Source of the DNA: an uncultured Gammaproteobacteria bacterium
Lineage (GTDB): Bacteria > Patescibacteriota > Patescibacteriia > UBA10025 > JAHIVO01
DNA length: 64,000 nucleotides
Reading direction: 5' to 3'
Assembly (NCBI GenBank): GCA_964628855.1
Contig: CAZVMV010000003.1
Span: 9,665-73,664, forward strand
Shown: positions 43,337 through 52,720 of the stretch, piece by piece
How positions within the stretch are numbered: the stretch's first letter is position 1
Layout: each line of letters begins with the position of its first letter
Translations under genes and position numbers: made by a program
The notes under the pieces: model-generated
Database searches by the model: none
Told to the model about the DNA's origin: nothing
What the model saw: the letters and a program-made list of their open reading frames with translations, nothing else

Positions 43337-44410
43337 ATGAAAACCCGCGTGTTTGTTATGCTCGTATCTCTGATGTGGCTGCCAATGTTTGCTAGCTGCT
43401 CTGGCCATGACAAAGGCACTGACCCCAAGCCACAGCCGGGGATTGTTGGCGATCTGACCAAGCCGGCCACCATCTCAATCGTCGGTCTGAAAGCCGGAGA
43501 TGAGTATGTCAGCGGTTCTGCCAATAACCTGGACACGAGCAAATTGAAAGTGGTGCTGTGGGCCAAGACTGACCGCTGGTATGTCCAGCCCTGGATCGCC
43601 AGTCCCTATACTTATGTCGGCAGTAACGGCAAGTGGTCCAGCTGGACGCATTCCTGGAACCGGATGGTGGCAGTACTTGTTGACGGTTCGTATGACCCGG
43701 GATCGACACGGGACTATCATCCGTCCGAGGATCCCGGCGTGATTACTTGGGATGAATTCCCGGGCAAATCTGCTGATGTATTCCTGGATTGGAGCGGATA
43801 TCGTTGGCGTGTAAAGAATGCGGATCTGGCCGGTCCGGGTCCAAACTATTTTTCAAACGATACGGCAAATGTCAGCCTAGACTCGCAAGGCCGATTGCAC
43901 TTACGGTTCGACTACCGCGATAACCGGTGGTATTGCAGCGAAGTTATGCTGGGCCATTCGCTCGGGTACGGGACTTATACTTTCCAGCTGGATACGCGCG
44001 TTGATTCATTGAATTATAACGCCGTATTCGCCGGATTCGTATATGAATCCCAGAGCCGGGAAATTGATATGGAATTTTCCCAATTGCTCGCCAATCCGCA
44101 TAACGGGCAGTATGTGGTGCAGCCGTGGAATATCCCCGGAAATATTTCATACTACGAGATGCCGGCGATTGCCCAAACTTCGCACCGGTTCATATGGAGC
44201 GCGGACACCGTATCATTTGTCAGCTGGCGCGGGCATGCCGCTGATCCTCAGCCCTCGGACGTGATATTCCAGTGGAAGTATGCCGGAGCTAACATTCCGC
44301 CGCCCGGAGGGGAACTGATGCGTTTCAACCTATGGCTGTTTGACGGTCAGGTGCCGACATCCGGCTATGAAGATGAAGTGATCGTAAAGAAGTTCACCTA
44401 CACTAAATGA
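43337..44410 (+). CDS. lipoprotein with GH16-like (concanavalin-like glucanase) C-terminal domain
   Basis: Lipobox MFASC. REIDMEF matches the E-x-D-x-x-E catalytic motif of GH16. Confidence 0.55.
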   Translation: MKTRVFVMLVSLMWLPMFASCSGHDKGTDPKPQPGIVGDLTKPATISIVGLKAGDEYVSGSANNLDTSKLKVVLWAKTDRWYVQPWIASPYTYVGSNGKWSSWTHSWNRMVAVLVDGSYDPGSTRDYHPSEDPGVITWDEFPGKSADVFLDWSGYRWRVKNADLAGPGPNYFSNDTANVSLDSQGRLHLRFDYRDNRWYCSEVMLGHSLGYGTYTFQLDTRVDSLNYNAVFAGFVYESQSREIDMEFSQLLANPHNGQYVVQPWNIPGNISYYEMPAIAQTSHRFIWSADTVSFVSWRGHAADPQPSDVIFQWKYAGANIPPPGGELMRFNLWLFDGQVPTSGYEDEVIVKKFTYTK

Positions 44411-44445
44411 TGCAACTGGCAGATTGCACATGAATATTCGAATGT

Positions 44446-44477
44446 GTCCCGACTCTCCGGAGCCGGGACTTTTTTTA
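44446..44477 (+). terminator. intrinsic terminator (same family as 43221)
   Basis: GTCCCGACTC / GAGCCGGGAC stem with one mismatch, followed by T7. Confidence 0.75.
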
Positions 44478-44894
44478 TTTCACATGCAGGGCATATGCCC
44501 GTTTCAGCCAGTTGAGAAGCTCGGCATCTATTTCTTTTGCAGAACTTATCCGGAGGCAGTTTTTGTATGCCGTTTTTGAAACCGGAACGCTAATGAAAAT
44601 GCGTTTATTTTTCAGAGCCCGGTCCAGTGAAAAACGGAGCTCGAGGACGCCGTCTTTTTTCGGGAGGATGGCCATGAAATCGTACTGTCCGAAAAGGTGG
44701 ATGCAGCACGGGATGGAAATGACTTTCACGCGGCCGATGTGACTGTTGATTTTTTTCACCAGCGCCTGGAAAAGTTTGTACGCTTCCGGTTTGTTGGTGA
44801 AATGGTCCCGGAGCGGCTTGGTGGCGCAGGAATGCGTCTGGTCTTTTTTAGAAAATTGGCGACGACATTTCGGACAGACCCATTGTGTAGGCAT
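44475..44894 (-). CDS. hypothetical protein with N-terminal zinc-ribbon-like CxxC...HSC
   Basis: 139-aa ORF starting MPTQWVCPKCRRQF. Confidence 0.5.
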   Translation of the reverse strand: MPTQWVCPKCRRQFSKKDQTHSCATKPLRDHFTNKPEAYKLFQALVKKINSHIGRVKVISIPCCIHLFGQYDFMAILPKKDGVLELRFSLDRALKNKRIFISVPVSKTAYKNCLRISSAKEIDAELLNWLKRAYALHVK

Positions 44895-44904
44895 ATGTAT
44901 ATAG

Positions 44905-45489
44905 TTATTTCGTTGTTTCGATGTGCTTCAGGAGTTTTTCTGCCCTCTTACGGACGGACGGACGGGAATTCTTTATCTGACGCCTGATAAAGGCCATAAT
45001 CAGAGCGGATGCTTTGAGCGTTTTTTTGTCAAAACCTGCCAACACGTCTAACGAATGCCCGATCACGATATTACGGCATTCGGGTGATGGCTGGCCTTTA
45101 TTATAGTAAATCACTTTTTCCACGCCGAGCAGTGCTTTGAATATTTTACTGCGTATTTTATGATCATGTTGAGCGATTTTCCCGAGCGCTTGTACCGCAT
45201 TACTGGCTGTAATCAGTGACGGATCTTTGGTGAATTTGATTAACTGTGGTAACAGCCTGGTAATCCGGCCTTTTGTATCAGCGGCCGACAGGTTGCCAAT
45301 CACAATCAGGGCAGTCCATTTGAGAACGTTGTTTTCCCCTTCAAGGAGTCTTATGAAAGTATCAAGCCGGGGATACAGTGCTTTTGGATTTTTTTCTGAC
45401 AGGGCGATGGCCTGCTTGGCGCAGCGGTATTTAATTTGTGGTTTTTCGGATTGGAGGTCTTTGAGATTAATGTTGGGTATAGTATTCAT
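44905..45489 (-). CDS. hypothetical helical-repeat (HEAT-like) protein
   Basis: 194-aa ORF. The repeat-helix character is judged by eye only. Confidence 0.45.
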   Translation of the reverse strand: MNTIPNINLKDLQSEKPQIKYRCAKQAIALSEKNPKALYPRLDTFIRLLEGENNVLKWTALIVIGNLSAADTKGRITRLLPQLIKFTKDPSLITASNAVQALGKIAQHDHKIRSKIFKALLGVEKVIYYNKGQPSPECRNIVIGHSLDVLAGFDKKTLKASALIMAFIRRQIKNSRPSVRKRAEKLLKHIETTK

Positions 45490-45853
45490 GATGATGGACG
45501 CAATATATTTTATTGCCTTTTACCCAGCGCTTCTGTTCGTACGCCAGGAATTTTTTTATTCCATGCTCACGGATGTATTCCAAATTATCAATCATGCTCA
45601 TCTCGTATTTGGTCCTGTAGCGCTTGTCCAGCTGTTTAATCCTGGCACAGGGGAAGGTGTCGCATTCAAAGCAGTACTGCCACTTATTTTTTTTCAGTTT
45701 GGCACAGTTTTTAATATGGCAGTGTCGGCAGCTTTTTTGTTTGTCGATGTCATCACATCGGCACCCGGGGCAGTGTTTTTGTGCTCGAATAAAAGCCATG
45801 CACAACGCGCAATCCATGCCACAGGGGGCGATGAGTTTTTTGCTGATGGGCAT
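45467..45853 (-). CDS. DUF3795-type cysteine-rich protein
   Basis: CGMDCALC...CPGCR...CRHCHIKNC...CFECDTFPC. Confidence 0.65.
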   Translation of the reverse strand: MPISKKLIAPCGMDCALCMAFIRAQKHCPGCRCDDIDKQKSCRHCHIKNCAKLKKNKWQYCFECDTFPCARIKQLDKRYRTKYEMSMIDNLEYIREHGIKKFLAYEQKRWVKGNKIYCVHHHEYYTQH

Positions 45854-45854
45854 G

Positions 45855-46049
45855 TTATTGGCGGATAATCTGAACGCGCCAGATCTCGCCAGACTCTAAT
45901 CGGACTGTTATGCCATGCGGATGGGTGGGGGAATTGGTCAGAATATCTTGAACAATATCCTCGGTCAGTTTGCCCGTCGGCTGGTCTTTTTTCAGGACGA
46001 TGGCCACATGCAGGCCGGGGTAAATGTTTTCCCTGTTTTGTCCGTTCAT
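45855..46049 (-). CDS. YwbE (DUF2196) family protein, copy 1
   Basis: VLKKDQPTGKLTEDIVQDILTNSPTHPHGITVRL. Confidence 0.7.
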   Translation of the reverse strand: MNGQNRENIYPGLHVAIVLKKDQPTGKLTEDIVQDILTNSPTHPHGITVRLESGEIWRVQIIRQ

Positions 46050-46127
46050 ACTATTTTCATTTTATGCCAATTTTTGCCCGAGAACAAGGCACGATATATA
46101 TGATGTTTGCGCCTCTTCTTCGGGCGA

Positions 46128-46156
46128 TTGACAGTCCGATGGGACGTTTATATAAT
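46128..46156 (+). promoter_or_regulatory. promoter TTGACA-17-TATAAT
   Basis: Consensus hexamers upstream of the gene at 46195. Confidence 0.55.
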
Positions 46157-46194
46157 GACCCAATTAAACACAAATTGCACCGAGGAGGTAATTG

Positions 46195-46554
46195 ATGGAT
46201 ATTGGAAACTTGCGACTTGAATCCGGGCACACTGTTATCGTCACCGCAAAGACGCTCGATGAGTCAGGCTGTCCTTTTTGCCACAATGTCGGCAATAGCG
46301 ACTCAACCCTGGCTTTTTTACGGGGTGAGCTGCCCGAAGATCTGCAGTCATGCGGCAATGTGTACGTTTTCGTCTGCCACGGCTGCCATAAGCGGGCCAT
46401 CGGCGTGCAGAACATGCCCTCAGCCGACCAGTCTGAGGCATTGAGGATCTTGGTCGCCCAGAAGTATGGCGGCGTGTCTGATGACCGGCTCATAGTCGTT
46501 TCCATGGCCAGGAATATTCACTCCGATTCCGGCAAAATAGCAGCCACCACCTAA
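46195..46554 (+). CDS. hypothetical protein with CPFCH / CHGCH motifs
   Basis: GAGGAGG lies 6 nt upstream of ATG 46195. 119 aa. Confidence 0.55.
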   Translation: MDIGNLRLESGHTVIVTAKTLDESGCPFCHNVGNSDSTLAFLRGELPEDLQSCGNVYVFVCHGCHKRAIGVQNMPSADQSEALRILVAQKYGGVSDDRLIVVSMARNIHSDSGKIAATT

Positions 46555-46628
46555 GCCAAAGACGGCCGAGTATTTTTCTCAGCCGAAGGGCGCTCACAGC
46601 AGCGCTCTTTTATTTTCCTTTAAAAATT

Positions 46629-46811
46629 CTAGCTCCCGAAAAACTTCAGCGCGTCATAGACGAAGAACACCGGCCAGACGATCGCCTTCAGGAACCCGAG
46701 CACCCCGACCCAGAAATCCGTAGCTACGGAAATGTAATAGATAGTCGCGCCGATGAATCCCAGGCCGTAGACCGCTTCCCCGCCATGCTTGTGAACGTTG
46801 ACGTCCATCAT
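46629..46811 (-). CDS. hypothetical small membrane protein (60 aa)
   Basis: Two hydrophobic segments. Starts 16 nt after the stop of ywbE copy 2. Confidence 0.45.
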   Translation of the reverse strand: MMDVNVHKHGGEAVYGLGFIGATIYYISVATDFWVGVLGFLKAIVWPVFFVYDALKFFGS

Positions 46812-46827
46812 AGAATTATATGGTAAA

Positions 46828-47019
46828 TTAATAAATTATTTGAACACGCCCGACCTCCCCAGACTCCAATCGGACTTTTATGCCGTGTGGATGGTTGGGG
46901 GAGCTGGTCAGAATATCCTGAACAATGCCTTCGGTCAGCTTGCCAGTCGGCTGGTCTTTTTTCAGGACGACGGCTACATGTAGACCGGGGTATATGTTTT
47001 CTCGAATTTGCCCATTCAT
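46828..47019 (-). CDS. YwbE (DUF2196) family protein, copy 2
   Basis: Differs from copy 1 at only a few residues. The DNA is also clearly alignable to 45855-46049. Confidence 0.7.
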   Translation of the reverse strand: MNGQIRENIYPGLHVAVVLKKDQPTGKLTEGIVQDILTSSPNHPHGIKVRLESGEVGRVQIIY

Positions 47020-47111
47020 CATAGGGTAATTTTATGCTAATTATTGAATAATAACAAATTAAAAAAGACCGCACACGGGTGGTGCGGCTTAGGTAATTGA
47101 TCCGATGGGCA

Positions 47112-47318
47112 TCAGGCAGAGAGCTCGTCTGTTCTCACAGCCCAGATTGGTAGATGATTATGGCTGCCTATCCTGGCAGTCCGGCCGACAGACTGGAGTT
47201 TTCGGAAAAGGAGCTCTTTTAGTGGGATGCCCTCCATGTCCGCCTCCAGCTGGAGTAATTCACCCTCAATAATACGTTTACGGTGTTTTGCTTCCGGTGA
47301 ATTCGGTGGTGGTTTCAT
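47112..47318 (-). CDS. hypothetical small protein (68 aa)
   Basis: AAGGAG lies upstream of the internal ATG at 47318. Confidence 0.4.
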   Translation of the reverse strand: MKPPPNSPEAKHRKRIIEGELLQLEADMEGIPLKELLFRKLQSVGRTARIGSHNHLPIWAVRTDELSA

Positions 47319-47392
47319 GCAAGTCTCCTTGTTATGACTTTTGGTACGTTTTTTATTTCGTTTTGGTACTTTAACGCTGGGTAATTTATTTG

Positions 47393-47812
47393 TCAATTAG
47401 GTTCTGACATTGTTTTTGGTATTTTCAAAACGGGCCCTACTGCCACGCCGATGAAAATCAGGTAGGTACTCCAATGCCCGAAGATAGTGCCGGCAGTTCC
47501 ATTGGGAATGGCGATGATCAGGAGGATGGCGGCGATGATGACCGCCCAGACGATGCCGTAGCTAGCCGCTATTTTTTTAGTGGCCGGCTTGAGACGGAGC
47601 GAAAAAAGCAAGGACACGCCACCCAGAAGTATGGCCATCACGATGCTTGTCCAGAGGAATTTGGCGGGAGGGTATTCTGACGACTCAGAGCCGGTGACCA
47701 TGGACATGATTAAAAGCAATAGCATGGTGACGATGAAAAGCTGGAGGCCGTAGCCAAGTAGTTTGAGCCACGGAAGTTGTTTTTTTTGCTGAGACGAAAG
47801 GTTGGTTTCCAT
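47393..47812 (-). CDS. hypothetical four-TM membrane protein
   Basis: 139-aa hydrophobic ORF. Confidence 0.55.
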   Translation of the reverse strand: METNLSSQQKKQLPWLKLLGYGLQLFIVTMLLLLIMSMVTGSESSEYPPAKFLWTSIVMAILLGGVSLLFSLRLKPATKKIAASYGIVWAVIIAAILLIIAIPNGTAGTIFGHWSTYLIFIGVAVGPVLKIPKTMSEPN

Positions 47813-47939
47813 AAAAAATTTTTATCTATTGATAAAGTTATAATTATTGTCCCTCTTTTTGGCCAAGTTAGCAAGTTATTCTATCAAAACCAAACCGGCC
47901 AGCACATGCTGGCCGGATATTGCGAGATTGATGTACGTA

Positions 47940-49004
47940 TTAATTTTCAGGTTCGTTTTGCCGTTGCTGGTTTTCGTTCTTGTTCTCCTCGGCTTTATTT
48001 TCGTTCCTGTTTGATTCATCACTGTTCATATTAGTATTGACCGCGCTGTTCGTGTTCCGGCTATCATCTATCCTGGTGTTGGTATTGCGGTTTTGGTTCG
48101 AGCTATCCCCGTTTTCCTTCTGGCGGTTTGTGTTTATTGCGGCGTTTGTATTGGCGTTGGTCGATTGGTGTGAATCGTCAGACGACTCATCCTCGGTTTC
48201 AATTTTGAGCAGGGCCCTGATGTCGTCTGCGCTCAGGTTGGTCCGCTGCTGGACGGAGGCGATGATGGCATTGATGTCCGCGGTATCGAGCGCATATTTG
48301 ATTTCCTGACCGTTGTAGTGCAGCTTGACCGTCGCTTGTCCGTTTTTGATGGTGGCTTCGATTTCCACTTCGCCCAGAGCGTTCTTGACCCTGTCTTTCA
48401 CCTCTTCGCGATGGCGTTCTGTATAACGGTTTTGTATTTCATTGAGTTTTTCCTCTACTTTGCTGAGGGTTTCGGCTGAACGGGATTTGTCGTCTTCCCC
48501 GTGTTCGGCCTGGACGCGGTCGATGACTTCCGTGGCGTTTTGTAATGCCTGTTCGGTTTCATGCGACGCCTGTTCGGCATCCTGCGTACGATTCGTTTGG
48601 GCGAGCGCTGCCTGCTCCTCTTCACGTTCATCGGCGAATTTTACCAGCATGTCCGCCTTTGCCGTGTCGCTGAGGCTGAAATTATACGCCACTTGTTCGA
48701 GCGCGCGGTCAACGGGGTAGAGGCTGTCGCCCGGTTTGGCGTGGTCGGCAGCGATGGCCGTGCCGGCCCCGGCAAGAATAATGATGACCGCCAGCATGAC
48801 CGCCAGGGTGGGCTGCATGAATAATTTTTTATAAAATGGCATTGTGGCACCATAAATACTCTCTTCTCCCAATGGGTGCGGTCGCGGCTTCGTCGCCATA
48901 ATGCGTTCTTTCATGATAATTTTGGCGGACGATTCAAGACTGTCCCCAAGTGCCTGAGGCAAAAGTTCTGATAAATTCGTTTTTTTTGGTTGGTTGGGTC
49001 GCAT
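47940..49004 (-). CDS. membrane-anchored DUF5667-like protein (putative anti-sigma partner) with N-rich tail
   Basis: Lies directly downstream of the sigma factor gene. TM segment, then GDSLYPVDRALEQV...FADEREEE. Confidence 0.55.
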   Translation of the reverse strand: MRPNQPKKTNLSELLPQALGDSLESSAKIIMKERIMATKPRPHPLGEESIYGATMPFYKKLFMQPTLAVMLAVIIILAGAGTAIAADHAKPGDSLYPVDRALEQVAYNFSLSDTAKADMLVKFADEREEEQAALAQTNRTQDAEQASHETEQALQNATEVIDRVQAEHGEDDKSRSAETLSKVEEKLNEIQNRYTERHREEVKDRVKNALGEVEIEATIKNGQATVKLHYNGQEIKYALDTADINAIIASVQQRTNLSADDIRALLKIETEDESSDDSHQSTNANTNAAINTNRQKENGDSSNQNRNTNTRIDDSRNTNSAVNTNMNSDESNRNENKAEENKNENQQRQNEPEN

Positions 49005-49010
49005 AAAATG

Positions 49011-49562
49011 TTAATCAAGGTTGATGAGAATTTTTAATTTTCGGATGGCTCTAAATTTTAGCACCCGTGCACTGAGGGTGGAAATTTCCAGAACGCGGGC
49101 GGCATCTTCTAGGCTTGCGTTTTCAATGAATAATAGCTGAATGATTGTTTGATACCGTTCTGGCAACCGTCGCATGGCCTGGCGGACGAGTGACAGTCTG
49201 GTGTCCAGATCAGGTTCCATTGCATTAGTTTGCAGGTTTGGATGGTCAGATGGAGTTAGGTCGTCAAGCGGAAGCGTTGTTTTTTGCCGTCGGTAGTAAT
49301 CTATCAGTCGATGCCGTGCGATCCGGAAAAGCCAGGAAGAGAAGCCGGCATCTGGCCGGGATTTGTAATGGGGGAGTGATTTGACCATTTCCATAAACAC
49401 GGTCTGCGTAAGGTCTTCCGCGTCTTCTTTTGATCCGACTCGGTAGGCCAGGAACCGATAGATGGCCTGATTGTAACGTTCAAAAAGTTCGCCGATACTG
49501 GACTCCTCGCCAGTTTGCGCACGTGAAATTAGGTAATTCAGATTGTGTTGGCTTGGATCCAT
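49011..49562 (-). CDS. RNA polymerase sigma-70 family (ECF-type) sigma factor
   Basis: Region 2 DAEDLTQTVFMEM..FSSWLFRIARHRLIDYYR and a region 4 helix-turn-helix. Confidence 0.85.
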   Translation of the reverse strand: MDPSQHNLNYLISRAQTGEESSIGELFERYNQAIYRFLAYRVGSKEDAEDLTQTVFMEMVKSLPHYKSRPDAGFSSWLFRIARHRLIDYYRRQKTTLPLDDLTPSDHPNLQTNAMEPDLDTRLSLVRQAMRRLPERYQTIIQLLFIENASLEDAARVLEISTLSARVLKFRAIRKLKILINLD

Positions 49563-49666
49563 GCGTTTATATAATCGTGATGAGTGATTAAAACGTTACA
49601 CTCCGTGGGAGCAAGAAAGAATAAGCTAAATAATTGTCCCTCTTATTGTCGAATTTGGCAACAACG

Positions 49667-49694
49667 TTGACAATCCGCGCCTGACTGTTAAGAT
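49667..49694 (+). promoter_or_regulatory. promoter TTGACA-16-TAAGAT
   Basis: Upstream of the gene at 49735. Confidence 0.45.
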
Positions 49695-49734
49695 TGCGGA
49701 ATATAAAACAGGACTTTGTTAAATCGGAGGACGC

Positions 49735-50214
49735 ATGCAAATACCCATTTTCGTTGCCAACCCCTGCGGGTTTTCGGAAGCGATGAGGCATTTCTATTAT
49801 GAGCGTCTGGTGCCGATGCTCAATGGGCTTGGCGCCAAACTCGGACCCGGATATGAGGTGCTCGTACTGGATCCCTGGGGAGCTGGGGGAGGAAAACCGG
49901 AAACGCTGGATCAAGCCATGGCTATCGGCCGGTCAAACGACGACCAGCATCGACGCGGTAAGGTTGTTGTGGCGGTTTTGGACGGAGAGGATACGGGAAC
50001 CGCTGGGGAGATCGGATTGGCTTACGGACGTGGCCAGTTGGCTGTGGGATATTACAGTGATTTTCGGCCAGCTGGCGACGCCCCCTGCCTGATCGTGAAT
50101 CTGCAGGTGGAGTACTACATCCGTGAAAGCGGCGGCGATATCGCCTGTACCCTGGAGGAACTGGAGAGAATGTTGCTCCGGCTCATACCGAAGAAATACC
50201 CTTTGACTCATTAG
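49735..50214 (+). CDS. nucleoside 2-deoxyribosyltransferase-like protein
   Basis: 159 aa. IFVANPCGFSE at the N-terminus and DTGTAGEIGLAYG. Family assigned by eye. Confidence 0.45.
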   Translation: MQIPIFVANPCGFSEAMRHFYYERLVPMLNGLGAKLGPGYEVLVLDPWGAGGGKPETLDQAMAIGRSNDDQHRRGKVVVAVLDGEDTGTAGEIGLAYGRGQLAVGYYSDFRPAGDAPCLIVNLQVEYYIRESGGDIACTLEELERMLLRLIPKKYPLTH

Positions 50215-50271
50215 TTGAGCAGGTTGGTACCACAATTATTCCGTCAGGACTTTAATACCTGGCGGATTTTT

Positions 50272-51543
50272 TTATTTTTTGCCTGCGGCTTGTTTTTCTT
50301 TATGCCGCATCCGGTCGAAGAAGCCGCCGACATTTGATGTGTACTTCCGGGCATCACTGTAGATGTCGTCATGCCTGGTGTGGAATTTGTCGGTTATGAG
50401 CGTCAGTGCGTTCTTGAGTGAGGCGATAACTTTTTCCATCTGTTTTGCAGGGAACAGCCCATCCTTGTTGCCGTAGATGACGTACGTGTTGGCCTTCACC
50501 TCGGGCAGCTTGTCCAAAATGCCGCCCTTGGCGATCGTAAATGCCTCCCATATCCGCCACTTGAGCCTTTCGAAACTGCCGAGAGCGTTTGCCCGTGAAT
50601 CGGTACCGATATCACGCCCGACATTTTTGTGGAATTGCTTGTCCTGGAGTTCGGCGTCGCGGAAATCATATGTGCCCTGGCCGCCGGCCTCTTCGTATGC
50701 CTGTTGCATCGATTTCCCGAAAGTCGCTTCATACGACCGCATGTATTCGTCAATTTTTTCCTGATCAATATCAAGCCCCGCCTGGCCGCCGCCTTTCCCG
50801 AAGAGGTTTTTCAGGGCCTGGATCGGACCGCCCTTGCCGGCGGAAGTTTCCGGGAAATAACGGCTGGCTAAAGCCAATACACCCTCTTCGTTCACACCCC
50901 CAGGGTGCATCAGTACCAGGTCTTTCACTTGGTCGGGATGCTTGACGGCAAAATCAATGGCGATCATCGAGCCCATGGATGATGACGAGACGCTGAGTTC
51001 CGGTGTGGTCATGGGTTGGCCGGCGACTTCCTCCTGTTTCCGGATGGCTTCGATGGTCCGATTGATTACCTCGGCGAACGGTTCGAACGTGCGTTCGGCC
51101 CGTGACCATTTGCGCCATTCCTGTGGTGCCATATCCGAACCTCCGGTAGAAGGCTGGGATATGAGTATGACGCGTTTTTTTTCCCTCACGGCCATGAGTT
51201 TTTCATACTGCTCGTTTGCGCGGTAGGAAGACCCGTAGCCAGGAATGTGGATTACAGTTCGCTCGTTCATCTCCTTTGCATTCGCCAAGTCATCAGGATT
51301 CCGAGCATCCAGGATCACATATTCGACTTTCATTTTTTTACCCTCCAAGCCCGGCGTTTCAATCTCTACAAATTGAGGATTATTAAACTGCCCCTCGACA
51401 ATTTCCATCTTGCGCTTTTCCTCCTCGGTCAGTTCGCCGTACTCCATGGCCGGAGCAGCCGGTTTTTTTTCCGGTACCGTTTCCTCCACCGGAGGCATGG
51501 GCATTTCTGGGTTTCGTGGCATGGTTTTATCAATTATTGGCAA
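50272..51543 (-). CDS. alpha/beta hydrolase
   Basis: 423 aa. Nucleophile elbow SSSMGS and IHIPGYGSS. Confidence 0.65.
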   Translation of the reverse strand: MPIIDKTMPRNPEMPMPPVEETVPEKKPAAPAMEYGELTEEEKRKMEIVEGQFNNPQFVEIETPGLEGKKMKVEYVILDARNPDDLANAKEMNERTVIHIPGYGSSYRANEQYEKLMAVREKKRVILISQPSTGGSDMAPQEWRKWSRAERTFEPFAEVINRTIEAIRKQEEVAGQPMTTPELSVSSSSMGSMIAIDFAVKHPDQVKDLVLMHPGGVNEEGVLALASRYFPETSAGKGGPIQALKNLFGKGGGQAGLDIDQEKIDEYMRSYEATFGKSMQQAYEEAGGQGTYDFRDAELQDKQFHKNVGRDIGTDSRANALGSFERLKWRIWEAFTIAKGGILDKLPEVKANTYVIYGNKDGLFPAKQMEKVIASLKNALTLITDKFHTRHDDIYSDARKYTSNVGGFFDRMRHKEKQAAGKK

Positions 51544-51621
51544 AGATATTATTGATTTGATATTAATTTAACATACACCTTAAATTCCGTTCAGGCAAAT
51601 AAAAAACCGCCCTTACTTTGT

Positions 51622-52170
51622 TCAATTCGGGGCGGTTGTTTTTTCCTTAAGAAAAGGTTCATAGTCGTACACTTTGAAGTGTACAGTAATGGTACCTTCC
51701 AACTCTTTGGGCAGCCAGACGACCTTCAGGTTCAGCCAAGGCTGCATAGTGATGGTGCGCAGGAATTCCCCGAGGAATCTCCTCTCCCTCTGGGTGATGT
51801 AGGCGGTCCGGTCGGGGTCTGTCAGGCGCGGCCGTTTACGTCGGGAATGTGGGTCCAGCCAGAATTGGCAGGGTATAGATAACGCGCTTTTGTGCCGCTG
51901 GCCGTCAGGATGGAGATCCGCCATCCAGCCGTTCTCCTGACTGCTGGTGAAGAGCCAGACGTCTGTCTGGATTACCAATCGCTGGTCTGCGATATGCTTT
52001 CTTACCGCCGGCCAGTCGAAAAGTCCGAAATCCACAGGATTTATTTTGATTATTGGCAATGTGCTAACCTCCTGTTCTGTATCCAATACGGCAGTGTACA
52101 GCGCTGCGGTCGGGTAGTCAACCTCGATTGACAAGCAGATTATCGGATGGTATCCTAGTGTGAAATTCAA
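51622..52170 (-). CDS. hypothetical protein
   Basis: 182-aa ORF with no motif recognised. Confidence 0.5.
   Translation of the reverse strand: MNFTLGYHPIICLSIEVDYPTAALYTAVLDTEQEVSTLPIIKINPVDFGLFDWPAVRKHIADQRLVIQTDVWLFTSSQENGWMADLHPDGQRHKSALSIPCQFWLDPHSRRKRPRLTDPDRTAYITQRERRFLGEFLRTITMQPWLNLKVVWLPKELEGTITVHFKVYDYEPFLKEKTTAPN
52128..52156 (+). promoter_or_regulatory. promoter TTGACA-17-TATCCT
   Basis: Upstream of the gene at 52199. Confidence 0.5.
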
Positions 52171-52198
52171 AAGAGGACTTTTTCAAGGAGGATTTTCC

Positions 52199-52459
52199 AT
52201 GAGTGATGACACGGTTCAATGTCACATGTTACCAGGCAGGGGGTGCAGTATCTGTGATGGCGTGTTCCCGGAGGGCAGGATTGTATGTACGGGCGGGCAC
52301 ATGGTCCACCAGTGGTACTCACGATCGGGAGCGTCGGAGGAGATGCATTGCGTCCCGGTTGATGAGGTTTGCAGCATCTGCAAAAAACCGTTCGGGATCG
52401 GCGAAATTTGTGCCGATGGGCATATCATCGGGAAGACATACCCGAAGCCGGCGCGATGA
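52199..52459 (+). CDS. small Cys/His-rich protein with duplicated CSIC...C..GH module (86 aa)
   Basis: AAGGAGG lies 7 nt upstream of ATG 52199. The two module copies are GCSICDGVFPEGRIVCTGGH and VCSICKKPFGIGEICADGH. Confidence 0.55.
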   Translation: MSDDTVQCHMLPGRGCSICDGVFPEGRIVCTGGHMVHQWYSRSGASEEMHCVPVDEVCSICKKPFGIGEICADGHIIGKTYPKPAR

Positions 52460-52480
52460 TACTATCGTCAGCGCGAACAA

Positions 52481-52507
52481 CAGGTTCCAGCCGGGAGCCT
52501 GTTTTTT
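52481..52507 (+). terminator. intrinsic terminator
   Basis: 8-bp stem CAGGTTCC / GGGAGCCTG followed by T6. Confidence 0.7.
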
Positions 52508-52515
52508 GTGAAAAT

Positions 52516-52714
52516 AAAAAAAGCCGGGAGAATTGAGACTAGGGTCTCGGGTGCCGGCTTGGTGTACAAGGCTCGCTCACTAGTGGAGCGGGCAGAAACG
52601 TTTTCGTCCTCGCGGACATACGTATGCTGCACGAGCCCCGGCGCTATTCTCCCGGACAGTAAACCGGTCACGTTCCGGTACGGCAGCAGGTTTAACCGCC
52701 AGACAGCCTGCTGC
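52516..52714 (-). ncRNA. stand-alone ~200-nt GC-rich structured small RNA (unknown class)
   Basis: Has its own promoter and a stem plus U7 terminator. Hairpins at 52683-714, a GCGA-loop rod around 52606-17, and a perfect 10-bp long-range pairing between 52646-55 and 52524-33. The only ORF has no SD and crosses two terminators. Confidence 0.5.
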
Positions 52715-52720
52715 TCATGC

